Of a DNA stretch of 64,000 bases, positions 41,001 through 49,252 are shown in pieces. The translations under genes were made by a program, and so were the position numbers. The stretch lies in IMG/VR virus record IMGVR_UViG_3300027733_000030, positions 96,001-160,000 of that record; one strand, given 5' to 3'. The DNA is from a virus. The first letter of the stretch is position 1. Each line of letters begins with the position of its first letter. The notes under the pieces were generated by a model. It was given only the letters and a program-made list of their open reading frames with translations. It did no database searches and was not told the DNA's origin.

Positions 41001-41579
41001 GCCATGAGATAAAATACTTTGTCTTCCAACATTTAACGCATCCAATCCTTTTGCATCAGGATTAAAGTTAAGCATCATTCTATTTAAAAGGATTTGCATG
41101 GGATGAAGTTCACCTGTTTTTGTACTTCTTAGTTGGTTAACTTCAAATTTATAAGCTTTACGATATAAGTTTGAACTTGGCATTTCTGCGGATGGTAGAC
41201 CTTCTTTTTGAATAAGATGACCCATTCTCAGAACATCATCTCTGTACTGCTTATATAGTCGATCTGCTACGTCTCTATTTAATACAGTTAAATCTATCTT
41301 ACCTTGCTTTTCCATTAACTGAGCATTTACTTTTAAACCTTTTGCGTGGTTAAGTTTATTACTCAAAGCTAAATGATAATCTTTTTCAAACTTTGCATAT
41401 CTTCCAAGAAAATCTTGTTGTGTTCCAAAAATTTCTTCTAAAGAGTCAGCTGAAATTGCTCTTTGTTGAAAATATGAATTAGCAGTTATTGTACCTTTTC
41501 TATTTTTAACTTGGGCAATTTCGCCCATGCTTTTTACTAAGCGTTGCCTATTTGAAATCCCTCCTCTTAGAACAGACAT
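38058..41579 (-). CDS. Large protein with a DEDDh (DnaQ-like) 3'-5' exonuclease domain and a C-terminal hydrophobic anchor
   Basis: ExoI ILTFDVETTG, ExoII AGHNINFD, ExoIII-like SHIAETDV; hydrophobic LGYGALGVGVAAAGYYMY followed by KKHRER. Confidence 0.75.
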   Translation of the reverse strand: MSVLRGGISNRQRLVKSMGEIAQVKNRKGTITANSYFQQRAISADSLEEIFGTQQDFLGRYAKFEKDYHLALSNKLNHAKGLKVNAQLMEKQGKIDLTVLNRDVADRLYKQYRDDVLRMGHLIQKEGLPSAEMPSSNLYRKAYKFEVNQLRSTKTGELHPMQILLNRMMLNFNPDAKGLDALNVGRQSILSHGTVKDLFENANVNGPSKIFGSAPTQGKKLKILTFDVETTGVTEFSNVRSMSMAEMTMDHTGKISMPETLRDPITKLKDFQYAFKSPQTAGLRVTTMNDGVRPLSEFLAKAEGIPLSEMGEGGKNYLDATERFFNKLLEADRVAGHNINFDIDKMIDTAIKQEGFAQHTGINKAFTEFAKRRAQGNYVIDTLEATRSHLQGQVQELVDAGKYADISERSKAFVNNLFSHEILARTHIGGSASYGSVENIALNTNLFELIEKDGQANNLFDLITKGSHIAETDVHLQSHIARYVQNGELKIQAMAEHEASSLTTQQAMAKGLKKSEFGTFARSKILQSSAITPTTNIASVEHMSQNVFNYLTTAEGKKGISLSLSAEDINQRVGANVISATDMTKKGILEYTKGDNGMGYHFITGEGKQLVDETHAGNVIDQILKSARSRTNLGDLVVGGVKHTGVRNLAAEAIVDTSISIQRASKADELIHISRSMQAVNANSMTAKDLTETFGTTYREFGTGLSYGDQMRLARGKAPIQSVFQSGLNDYSLKQASDVANAFAKVGDPYAHILSMDDRAYSTIMANATAKIGHEANRAGAAAGYTAEHIAHSAKSNLTAELGMTFFHSQKEVKLLNALDSTTEIPKMMLPPEILQEAFSRTQASLGKTETTIAHTGLSIARRQEGDTVNAVWLADRQMVHDETKIFSGHLLDIMGDKNEVSRITGVKEADFNASITEAINNVNAAKNTSQGLTPHIESMTEGIMDKGIIFGHAGDASAEIISSLEQSGTPISNDVLLNIRTGSIATTGHTSDVVVINNYMDRKAVDIAGKTKDLEKAEEVIVDKSGAKLSRSVKNANEIAEIMGSDKSTNLAITKNIRRGKSGLEINKMAEFYASHKAKLGYGALGVGVAAAGYYMYKKHRERQLYNETLDRQPTERAITTDQMEDSSRAFSQVSSFRKDPLATAGVVGNLDRAKIGHTQMGPNKYNHLFGG

Positions 41580-42292
41580 CAGCTATCTTTATCTTCTTCT
41601 ATTGTGATGTAATCATCTTTTTCATAAGTACCAAGCTTCTTCTTAATAAGCTTTTCTCTTTCGATCTCAATATGCTGAACTTTATGAATAATGTCTGAAA
41701 TTGCTTGAGCTGTATCAAGTTGAGTCTGCCCAATTTTTGCCTTAGCTTCTCTAGTTGCCAATAGTTGATTGCGCAAATCTTTTCTACGCTTATGCAAACG
41801 ATCTTCTAATTCTACGGCTAAGTGAAGTTCTTTTTTGATGATTGGTTGGCCCTGATGGTCAATGCCAATAATGTTTTCTTGAATGAAATGTTCTTTTGCA
41901 AGTAATTTAGTTTTACGAATGTATTGAACTTCTTGATCCACTAGATCTCTAATCATAGATACTTCAACTAAGTTATCAGCTTGTACATCAAGTTGTTCCA
42001 TGTATTCTGCTGTGAACTGGGCAACTATTGACATTTCGATAGGACATGGATTACCCTTAGGTGCAAGATTCTCCTTGAGTAGCGGGCATGTATCTGCGAA
42101 TGTACACTTAGTTGCTTCGCAGTTCATGGGGATGGAGGAGAACATTGAAGTCCTAGTTTTTTGCGGACGAACTAATTCAACTGCCCTATTTTTTTCATCA
42201 TCAGTCCATGTTTCAGGAAAAAAAAGATCTGGTCGTAAAGACTCAAACTGTTTCAGGAAATCACTTTTACTTGCTTTTTCTATATTAGACAT
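41579..42292 (-). CDS. Cys4 hypothetical protein (possible terminase small subunit)
   Basis: C-x4-C-x5-C-x13-C cluster followed by a long coiled coil. The function is inferred only from location near terL. Confidence 0.4.
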   Translation of the reverse strand: MSNIEKASKSDFLKQFESLRPDLFFPETWTDDEKNRAVELVRPQKTRTSMFSSIPMNCEATKCTFADTCPLLKENLAPKGNPCPIEMSIVAQFTAEYMEQLDVQADNLVEVSMIRDLVDQEVQYIRKTKLLAKEHFIQENIIGIDHQGQPIIKKELHLAVELEDRLHKRRKDLRNQLLATREAKAKIGQTQLDTAQAISDIIHKVQHIEIEREKLIKKKLGTYEKDDYITIEEDKDS

Positions 42293-42455
42293 TTAAATCA
42301 ATCCATTCGGTACTATAGGAACTATCTGAATAAAACCTTTGTATAGTGACACTCTTGCAATGAGAACAATAATCATCGCGAACTAAACAGTCACTTTTGA
42401 AATCATAATATTCGCTAACTGTTTCAGTTTTTTTGTCACATCTAGGACAATTCAT
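42285..42455 (-). CDS. Small zinc-ribbon protein (56 aa, below the ORF-track cutoff)
   Basis: My translation: MNCPRCDKKTETVSEYYDFKSDCLVRDDYCSHCKSVTIQRFYSDSSYSTEWIDLNV*; overlaps both neighbours as in coupled genes. Confidence 0.65.
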   Translation of the reverse strand: MNCPRCDKKTETVSEYYDFKSDCLVRDDYCSHCKSVTIQRFYSDSSYSTEWIDLNV

Positions 42456-42855
42456 CCAAGGCTTTCATTAAACCTTTTTGCAGTTTGCCTGCGAGGTCTG
42501 CGTTCTGTGCCGCATTAAAAAAAATTCCAATTTCTCTAATTTCATCAGAGTTTAAATACGAAGATAATTTATATCTTGCGCCTTTGCATACTTCACAATA
42601 AGTTTCTTGGACTTCATTATAACAGATGCATTTTTCTATAATATCAAAAAATTCTAAAGACTGAGCTATTTCAAACCATTTGTTTTTAAATAACTTTTTA
42701 GTCTGTTCTTTATAGGCCCTCAATTTATGGGAATCACTTGATAATAATGTTCCCATATCTAAGGAATGTTTCATGAGATCATTAATACTTTTATATAAAA
42801 AATTAGCTAGCTGAAAATCACCATTAACATCTGTAAATTTTTTCCAATCATTCAT
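42442..42855 (-). CDS. Hypothetical protein with a CxC...CxxC motif
   Basis: 137 aa; CIC...CEVCKG. Confidence 0.6.
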   Translation of the reverse strand: MNDWKKFTDVNGDFQLANFLYKSINDLMKHSLDMGTLLSSDSHKLRAYKEQTKKLFKNKWFEIAQSLEFFDIIEKCICYNEVQETYCEVCKGARYKLSSYLNSDEIREIGIFFNAAQNADLAGKLQKGLMKALDELS

Positions 42856-42879
42856 AACATACTACATCTTTCTTTTTAA

Positions 42880-43158
42880 TTAAACGTATCTTCCAGACCC
42901 CTTAGGAGTAGACACTGGATTTATCGCACCGGCTCTTCTTTTATTAGCCATCATCATTCCTCCGACAGCTCCACCACCCATAGCGTACCTAGCACCCACT
43001 TGCATTTGTCTAGCTCTAATCATTTCATTATGACCTTTGCCAGCTAGTGCTGCTGCATTTTTTATTTTTTCTGCGCCTTTTGCTCCTGATCCCAGGTACT
43101 TTACAGCTCTTTCCGAATCCATCATTAAGGCTTTTCCTATAGTATTTTTCCAACCCAT
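42880..43158 (-). CDS. Small basic Gly/Ala-rich protein, paralog 3
   Basis: RQMQVGARYAMGG segment matches RQAQVGMRYAGG in the neighbour. Confidence 0.6.
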   Translation of the reverse strand: MGWKNTIGKALMMDSERAVKYLGSGAKGAEKIKNAAALAGKGHNEMIRARQMQVGARYAMGGGAVGGMMMANKRRAGAINPVSTPKGSGRYV

Positions 43159-43508
43159 TATGCGAACCTGCCTACGCCTCTACCGGTTTGCATCGGTCCA
43201 CGATATGATGTACGAGATTGATTAGAATTAGGTCTCATGGCCATTGCTCCGGCAATTCCAACTGCACCACCTGCGTATCTCATTCCAACTTGTGCTTGTC
43301 TTAGAGAAATAGTTGCTGCTTTATGTTTTGCAGCAAACTCAGCACTGTATCTAGCTGTACTAGCAGTTGTTGCCATCCTTTTTTCGGCCATTCTACCTAA
43401 TTTTCCAGCACCTCTTGATCCTCTTTCGATAAAAGCAGTAGCTCTTCCTACCCCCATACCTGGGACTCTTTCAGCTAGTCTACTAAATATTTCGCCATAA
43501 GCTGCCAT
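43158..43508 (-). CDS. Small basic Gly/Ala-rich protein, paralog 2
   Basis: 116 aa; cationic, with a hydrophobic C-terminal helix and a G.GR tail. Confidence 0.6.
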   Translation of the reverse strand: MAAYGEIFSRLAERVPGMGVGRATAFIERGSRGAGKLGRMAEKRMATTASTARYSAEFAAKHKAATISLRQAQVGMRYAGGAVGIAGAMAMRPNSNQSRTSYRGPMQTGRGVGRFA

Positions 43509-43510
43509 AA

Positions 43511-43798
43511 TTATCTCCCGTACATTCCGGTAGGTCTACCACCTGCAAATTTATCTGTACCACGACCCCTACGGCCCTTCATCGCATATCCTCCAAGAGA
43601 AGCAGCGCCTAAGCCCATAGCTCCAGCTCTTCCGGGATGCTTCATAGCGTACTGCGCCATTCTGCTATTTTTAGCAAAGGATCTAACTCCTGATGAGGCG
43701 CCTGAGGCTGCGTCAGTCATTCCCTTAGACGTCATTTTTGAAGCCTTTGCGTGATAAGTTTGCTTTAGCCAACCTGTTGGACTTTTTTTAAGTGGCAT
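43511..43798 (-). CDS. Small basic Gly/Ala-rich protein, paralog 1
   Basis: 95 aa, same architecture; GGAG RBS. Confidence 0.6.
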   Translation of the reverse strand: MPLKKSPTGWLKQTYHAKASKMTSKGMTDAASGASSGVRSFAKNSRMAQYAMKHPGRAGAMGLGAASLGGYAMKGRRGRGTDKFAGGRPTGMYGR

Positions 43799-43811
43799 AG
43801 TAATTCTCCTA

Positions 43812-45257
43812 TTAAGATGTTTGAGATCGTATTCTTTTTATTGGTTTTTGCATGTCAAAAGTAAAGCTTTTATTAACATAGTCGATATGGAATATAGTAC
43901 CTTTAGGTACGTTGCTATGCACAATTGTTTTCGCTAAAGGTGTTTCTATAACATCTCTTCTTACTTGAGCTATGCCACGAGCACCTTTGATGGTATCGAT
44001 TCCACGTTCAATGAGACCATCAATCACGTTATCAGTATAGGAGACAGAGATTCCCTTTTTGGAGAGCTTATCCGCAATCACAGACATCTCTAATTCAGCT
44101 ATCTTTTCGCAATCCTGTCGATTCAAGTGATTAAAAACAACTATTTTATCTATTCTATTAATAAACTCTGGTCTGAAATATTTATCAATCGCTTGATGGG
44201 TATTTCTTTCCACGATAGATCTAACTGGTATCTCTGAAGTCTGACGCTCAAAGACAATGCTTCTAGCAAATCCTGTTCCAGTAGAAATTAAATTATCAAC
44301 TGTTTTCTCATTGCCTAAATTGGTTGTCATGATAATGATTGTATTTCTAAAATCTACTGGTTCACCTTTATTATCTGTAACTATTCCCTCATCAAATATT
44401 CTCAAGAATGTATTCCAAATATCTTGATGTGCCTTTTCAACTTCATCTATTAAAACAACTGAGTAAGGATTTTTCTTAACTTGATTAGTTAACTGCCCGC
44501 CTTCGTCGTGACCGATGTAACCTGGAGGAGAACCTAATAGCTTTTGGTTCTCATGCTTATGCTGGAACTCTCCACAGTCCATTCTTACTATCTGAGAGTC
44601 GCCACCAAACATATAATTATTCAGCATGTTTGCTAAGTGTGTTTTTCCAACACCGGAAGAACCCGCAAATAAGAATACTCCTAATGGTCTATTGGAATCA
44701 TGCAAATCAGCCTGTGATCTAAATAAAGCTGAAACTATTTCTTCTATTGCCTGATCCTGACCTATCACATTTGATTTCAAGAATCCCTCTAATCCTAAAA
44801 ACTTTTGTTTTGGAATCTTTTTATTCTTTGGAATAACCTCTTTGACTGTTTTTCTTTTAACATTTCTTTGGGCTTCTTGTAAAAATTTCTTTACTTCATT
44901 AAGATCATAATCTTCATCCTCAGGAGAAATCTCTAATGGGGCAGTCGAATAAGCGATGCTCACCCAGTAATCGATATCTAAACCAGGATTAAGCATAACA
45001 CATCCTGCGTAGATTGCTTCGAGAGCTCTTTCTGCGGCTGTACGAGACATTGCGTTTAACGAAGACGCAACATCAGTATTTAAATTAAAAACTACATACT
45101 GTAAAACTTGCTTGCGAAGATCTTTGCTTTTTTTATGTTTAATGACAAATGCTTCTACATCTTCAGTGGGAATGATTTTAAATTTTACGTTAGCGTGCAA
45201 CTCGGGTACAAAGATTTGGTATATCTGCATTAGCAACTTCTTTCTTTTATCTTGCAC
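43812..45257 (-). CDS. ClpA/ClpB-family AAA+ ATPase with only the D2 module and a novel N-terminal domain
   Basis: VIGQDQAI, RPLGVFLFAGSSGVGKT, LLGSPPGYIG pore loop, VVLIDEVEKAH, FRPEFINRID. Confidence 0.9.
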   Translation of the reverse strand: MQDKRKKLLMQIYQIFVPELHANVKFKIIPTEDVEAFVIKHKKSKDLRKQVLQYVVFNLNTDVASSLNAMSRTAAERALEAIYAGCVMLNPGLDIDYWVSIAYSTAPLEISPEDEDYDLNEVKKFLQEAQRNVKRKTVKEVIPKNKKIPKQKFLGLEGFLKSNVIGQDQAIEEIVSALFRSQADLHDSNRPLGVFLFAGSSGVGKTHLANMLNNYMFGGDSQIVRMDCGEFQHKHENQKLLGSPPGYIGHDEGGQLTNQVKKNPYSVVLIDEVEKAHQDIWNTFLRIFDEGIVTDNKGEPVDFRNTIIIMTTNLGNEKTVDNLISTGTGFARSIVFERQTSEIPVRSIVERNTHQAIDKYFRPEFINRIDKIVVFNHLNRQDCEKIAELEMSVIADKLSKKGISVSYTDNVIDGLIERGIDTIKGARGIAQVRRDVIETPLAKTIVHSNVPKGTIFHIDYVNKSFTFDMQKPIKRIRSQTS

Positions 45258-45362
45258 ATATAAGTATATAGGATAATATTATTATATATTAACATATAAG
45301 AATATATTATTATATGTTAACATATAAGTATATAGTAAAGGGGGGAAGGGGGGAAGGGGGGG
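45258..45362. repeat. AT-rich direct repeats plus G6-AA-G6-AA-G7 at the strand switch (origin-like)
   Basis: TATTATTATAT(A/G)TTAACATATAAG twice and ATATAAGTATATAG twice, directly followed by three G tracts. Confidence 0.6.
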
Positions 45363-45557
45363 TTATGGCTAGCTTATCACACGAAATCAAGTCGTGTCTA
45401 GCCTCAGTCATTTTTCTTGTAATCTTCTATGCTAGGATGATCTTCTATGCACGGCCCTGCGAAAGACCAGTACTTAATTAGGTCAATTGGTCTATTAAAT
45501 CTTTTATTTAATAAGTACAACGCCAACTGAAATTCTTCTTTTTGTTGTTCTTGCGAC

Positions 45558-45586
45558 TTGCTCATTCAATCTCCTTAAGATATAAT
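45558..45586 (+). promoter_or_regulatory. Sigma70-type promoter
   Basis: TTGCTC-17 nt-TATAAT upstream of the 45609 ORF and recA. Confidence 0.6.
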
Positions 45587-45608
45587 ATATATATCAATTA
45601 TACCATTA

Positions 45609-45926
45609 TTGAAAGGTTATTACCAGGTGGAATACCCCCAGCATAACGAAACAAATTCTATTCCTAATAAAACACCAAAACCAGTGGACATCAAAGAAGT
45701 GAATCGCGCATTAATAGTCTTACGTGAAAACTCAATCTCAATGCTCGACTTAATCGAAAAAGATCTTTATGATTTTTATTCAACGGATGTAGAAGTTATC
45801 AAGTTTGTTGATAAAGAACTTATGAAAAAAATTGTTCAATTCAAGCAAGATGTCAAGAACATTGTTGTATACTCTAAGAACCTGCAGACGATGCATGAAG
45901 AACAAGGAAGATTATTCTATGACTGA
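45609..45926 (+). CDS. Hypothetical protein
   Basis: 105-aa ORF overlapping the recA start. Confidence 0.55.
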   Translation: MKGYYQVEYPQHNETNSIPNKTPKPVDIKEVNRALIVLRENSISMLDLIEKDLYDFYSTDVEVIKFVDKELMKKIVQFKQDVKNIVVYSKNLQTMHEEQGRLFYD

Positions 45927-46944
45927 TGAATTCGATATGGAGACTGGCGAGATTCTTATTCCCGCAGCTAAAAAAGTTATTGATAAAGAAGAATCAAAAG
46001 TATTAGAACTCGCAATCGCACAACTTCAACGTCAATACGGAGCTGGATCAGTCGTTAGACTCGGCTCAACTAATATCAAACCATGGGACTCAATCTCCAC
46101 TGGAGCACTTACTTTGGATAGTGCACTTGGAATTGGTGGTTTCCCGCGCGGGCGCGTAGTAGAAATCTATGGACCTGAGTCATCAGGTAAGTCTACTCTC
46201 GCTCTAGCAACAGTAGCCAAGGCCCAGCAGATGGGCCTCACGTGCGCCTACATCGACGCTGAGCATGCTTTAGACCCAGTCTACATGCAAGCCGTAGGAA
46301 TCGATCTAGACAACCTTCTACTGGCTCAACCTGATTATGGCGAGCAAGGCTTCGACATTGCTGACAGACTCCTGCGCACAGGGGAAATTGGCGTCATCGT
46401 CATTGACTCAGTTGCAGCATTAGTTCCTAAAGCTGAGCTCGATGGCGAAATGGAACAAGCTCACATGGGCTTGCAGGCCCGTATGATGGCTAAAGCTATG
46501 CGTAAGCTTACTGGACTCGCTGCCCAGCACAACACTCTTATTATATTCATTAACCAGCTCCGCAACAAAATTGGAATCATGTTTGGTAACCCAGAGACTA
46601 CTCCTGGTGGAATGTCATTGAAGTTCTATGCTTCAGTCCGAATTGACGTCCGCAAAAAAGAAGATCTTAAGGACAAGGCCGGAAATCCAGTTGGCGTCAA
46701 AGTCAAAGCTAAGGTTATTAAGAATAAGATGGCACCCCCAATGAAAATCGTAGAGTTCGACATCATCTATGCTCAGGGTATCGACGAGTACGGATGTATC
46801 TTTGACATCGGAATCGACAAGGGTATCTTTACCCAAAAGGGCGCATGGGTCTACTATAATGGCGAGAACTTTGCCCAAGGTAGAGATAACGCTATTGAGA
46901 AGTTAAAGGCTTCTCCTGATATTGTAGGTGTGATCAAAGGCTAA
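45919..46944 (+). CDS. recA: RecA recombinase
   Basis: Likely start ATG 45919. GGFPRGRVVEIYGPESSGKST, IDAEHALDP, VIDSVAALVPKAE, FINQLR, GNPETTPGG..LKFYASVR. Confidence 0.97.
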   Translation: MTDEFDMETGEILIPAAKKVIDKEESKVLELAIAQLQRQYGAGSVVRLGSTNIKPWDSISTGALTLDSALGIGGFPRGRVVEIYGPESSGKSTLALATVAKAQQMGLTCAYIDAEHALDPVYMQAVGIDLDNLLLAQPDYGEQGFDIADRLLRTGEIGVIVIDSVAALVPKAELDGEMEQAHMGLQARMMAKAMRKLTGLAAQHNTLIIFINQLRNKIGIMFGNPETTPGGMSLKFYASVRIDVRKKEDLKDKAGNPVGVKVKAKVIKNKMAPPMKIVEFDIIYAQGIDEYGCIFDIGIDKGIFTQKGAWVYYNGENFAQGRDNAIEKLKASPDIVGVIKG

Positions 46945-47150
46945 TGAGTTTTATTCCAATATCTTGCGAGGACTGCAGCTTCCCGCCTAACTTTATTGTT
47001 CTTGAATTAAAAGACAAGGTAAATATCCCATACTACTCCATCAAGTGCCGTGACTGTGGTGACTGCTGGGACGAACCGAATGAAAATTTTTTTGAAAATA
47101 CACAGCCTTCTCTTTACGACGGAAATTTTTTTGAGAACGATGACAAATAG
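46944..47150 (+). CDS. Small zinc-ribbon protein
   Basis: CEDC...CRDC. Confidence 0.6.
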   Translation: MSFIPISCEDCSFPPNFIVLELKDKVNIPYYSIKCRDCGDCWDEPNENFFENTQPSLYDGNFFENDDK

Positions 47151-47243
47151 CTTACGCCTCTATCTCGAGTTCTCGCGTTTGTTTGCCGAACTGAAATAAC
47201 CAGTACTATTACAGTATCTCATCTTTAAGAAAGAATGCTGTAG

Positions 47244-47534
47244 ATGGAATTTATACGTAGAATATTAGAGTTCTTTTCAGGTTCGTCCATGAAGCGAAAT
47301 GGCAACATGATCAACTTTGTCTATGACCTAGAAGATGACAACACTCAGCGTGTCGTCACCATCCATGCCGATCCTAATGGGTTCATGATCTTTACCATCT
47401 TCTCAGTCGAAGAATGGCAGATGATTGAAAGTATTGGCGAACTATCGGAACGTGATGTTGAAGACATCGTACGCGAAATATCAGAAGACGAAAGCCTGAC
47501 AACAATCACCATCGATCCCACGGAGTTTGAGTAG
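47244..47534 (+). CDS. Acidic hypothetical protein
   Basis: 96-aa ORF preceded by a TACTAT motif. Confidence 0.6.
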   Translation: MEFIRRILEFFSGSSMKRNGNMINFVYDLEDDNTQRVVTIHADPNGFMIFTIFSVEEWQMIESIGELSERDVEDIVREISEDESLTTITIDPTEFE

Positions 47535-47562
47535 ATTTCGCCCGGAATAAATAAGATATATA

Positions 47563-47603
47563 CAAAAGAGGTGCTACCCCCTAAAGGGTAACACCTCTTT
47601 TTG
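47563..47603. terminator. Bidirectional intrinsic terminator
   Basis: CAAAAGAGGTGCTACCC...GGGTAACACCTCTTTTTG between convergent genes. Confidence 0.8.
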
Positions 47604-47622
47604 TTTTTATCACAGGGTGCTA

Positions 47623-47841
47623 TTAGTAATCATAACCGGATTCGTAGCCTAGCTCTTCCCACACTTGGTTTCCATATGAGGAACCATAGTCCTTTACAGT
47701 CATTGCAAAGTTTGTATTAGCCATGCCTCCGAAGGGGTTTACCCATTGGAAACAGTCAGGGCATCTTGTATTGGCTCCTGAGAGGTCTTCATTGACAATA
47801 TATTCTGTACCACAGTGTGGGCAGTCCATAAATGATTTCAT
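47623..47841 (-). CDS. Zinc-ribbon protein
   Basis: CPHC...CPDC; AAAGGA RBS. Confidence 0.65.
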   Translation of the reverse strand: MKSFMDCPHCGTEYIVNEDLSGANTRCPDCFQWVNPFGGMANTNFAMTVKDYGSSYGNQVWEELGYESGYDY

Positions 47842-48330
47842 GATTGTTCCTTTGTGATTGTAAGCATGGGATGCTGTGTGTGAATCATTCCCTATTGGGA
47901 ACGTCTTGAACTATATCTACTACACGGCGTCTCTGTCAACCTATGTTAGAAAATATTTCAAATTTTTTGGGGCGAATCTCTATATGGGAAAAATTATTAG
48001 GGAAAAATTTTTGGACTGAAATGGTTTTCAGGTGTTGCGGGCTTTTCTAATCTCGAGGGTCATTTGTTTCTAATCTCGAGGATATATAAACATATATAAA
48101 CTTATTAAGGTAAAAACTAGGGAAAATTTATGGGGTGGTGATAGTGAGTATATGTGTGTACCTTAATTTTTTAACGTGCCCACCCCCCCATGGGGTCATA
48201 TGCTCTAGTAATAAACGACAATAAGCGGTCGTCCATACCCCTACGTATGGTGCAGGTATCCAGCATAAAAGGACAGCATAGGTGAATACGTTATCGCCGT
48301 CAATGAAACGTAGTATCAAAGGAGAATATA

Positions 48331-48630
48331 ATGATTACATCAATGTTTGATGTTATAGGAAAGTATGCAGTAGATAGTGAGGGGAACATGTTACCCATGC
48401 GTAAGGAGACAGTAGCTATGTACTGCGCACACACGGGTAATGAAATCTGGGTTAAGTCAACCCTACCTGGTGCAGACAGTACAGACGTACAACGGTTCGG
48501 ACATGTGCATACTAACACTGCATGGTTCAACAGCCAGTACAATAACCGCATGGTACTCATAGTTAGTGTCATGAAGTATGACTATAACATGGGTATTTGG
48601 TACTGGTACAACGAGGTACACAGCGCTTAG
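48331..48630 (+). CDS. Hypothetical protein
   Basis: AAAGGAG RBS; 99 aa; followed by the first hairpin repeat. Confidence 0.6.
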   Translation: MITSMFDVIGKYAVDSEGNMLPMRKETVAMYCAHTGNEIWVKSTLPGADSTDVQRFGHVHTNTAWFNSQYNNRMVLIVSVMKYDYNMGIWYWYNEVHSA

Positions 48631-48858
48631 TTATTATACATACCTAGTAGGGTAGGTATGGAGAAGGTGGTTCCTCAGGATCTTATGATTCTGGGGAACT
48701 TCCTTTTTTGAGGATAGGTCATTGTCCTTTAGTAAGGTTCGCCATGGGCCAACGGGTTCACCTCCCGCCAAAAGGTAGACATGGAAGATGGTTTTACCAT
48801 TCGTAATAATCACGTTCAATACGTTAAGTTGAACAAAGGCATGTTTCTAGGAGGAATC

Positions 48859-49128
48859 ATGTTGTCATTCATCAGTAAGAAGGTCACATTCATTGTGGCT
48901 GCAATTGTTGCAGTGTTGTTGGTATTGGAGCCAACAACCGACTTGACAATGGCAGCATTGCGCTTGCCAAGCAAGTTTGTTTGGATGCTCTTGGGCCTCC
49001 TCTTCAGTATCGTTAACTGGGGAATGCTGATCCTTATCGCCATTGGTTTTGGCATTGGATTCATCATTAAGACCCGGACCATTGACTGGTCTGAAGTTAA
49101 GGGTTTCTTCAACAAAGAAGAAGCCTAA
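48859..49128 (+). CDS. Small membrane protein
   Basis: GGAGG RBS before ATG 48859; two to three hydrophobic helices. Confidence 0.65.
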   Translation: MLSFISKKVTFIVAAIVAVLLVLEPTTDLTMAALRLPSKFVWMLLGLLFSIVNWGMLILIAIGFGIGFIIKTRTIDWSEVKGFFNKEEA

Positions 49129-49252
49129 TTAAAAGGGGGTGATGGTCCACCTCTTTAATAAAGAAGAAGGTTGTTTCCCCTGGGGCATTTGCCTTGGGGG
49201 AAACTTCTTTTTTTGAGGATAGATCAATGGGATCAGTCCAAGAAAGGAAACC

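Noticed and set aside
1-45257. Stop-codon reassignment (alternative genetic code)
   Set aside because: Genes are full length and tightly packed under the standard code, and TAG ends real genes.
45919-46944. recA and the Clp-like gene as evidence of host chromosome or a prophage junction
   Set aside because: They are flanked by phage-type small genes with no other host operon context, the Clp protein lacks D1, and no integrase or att site is visible.
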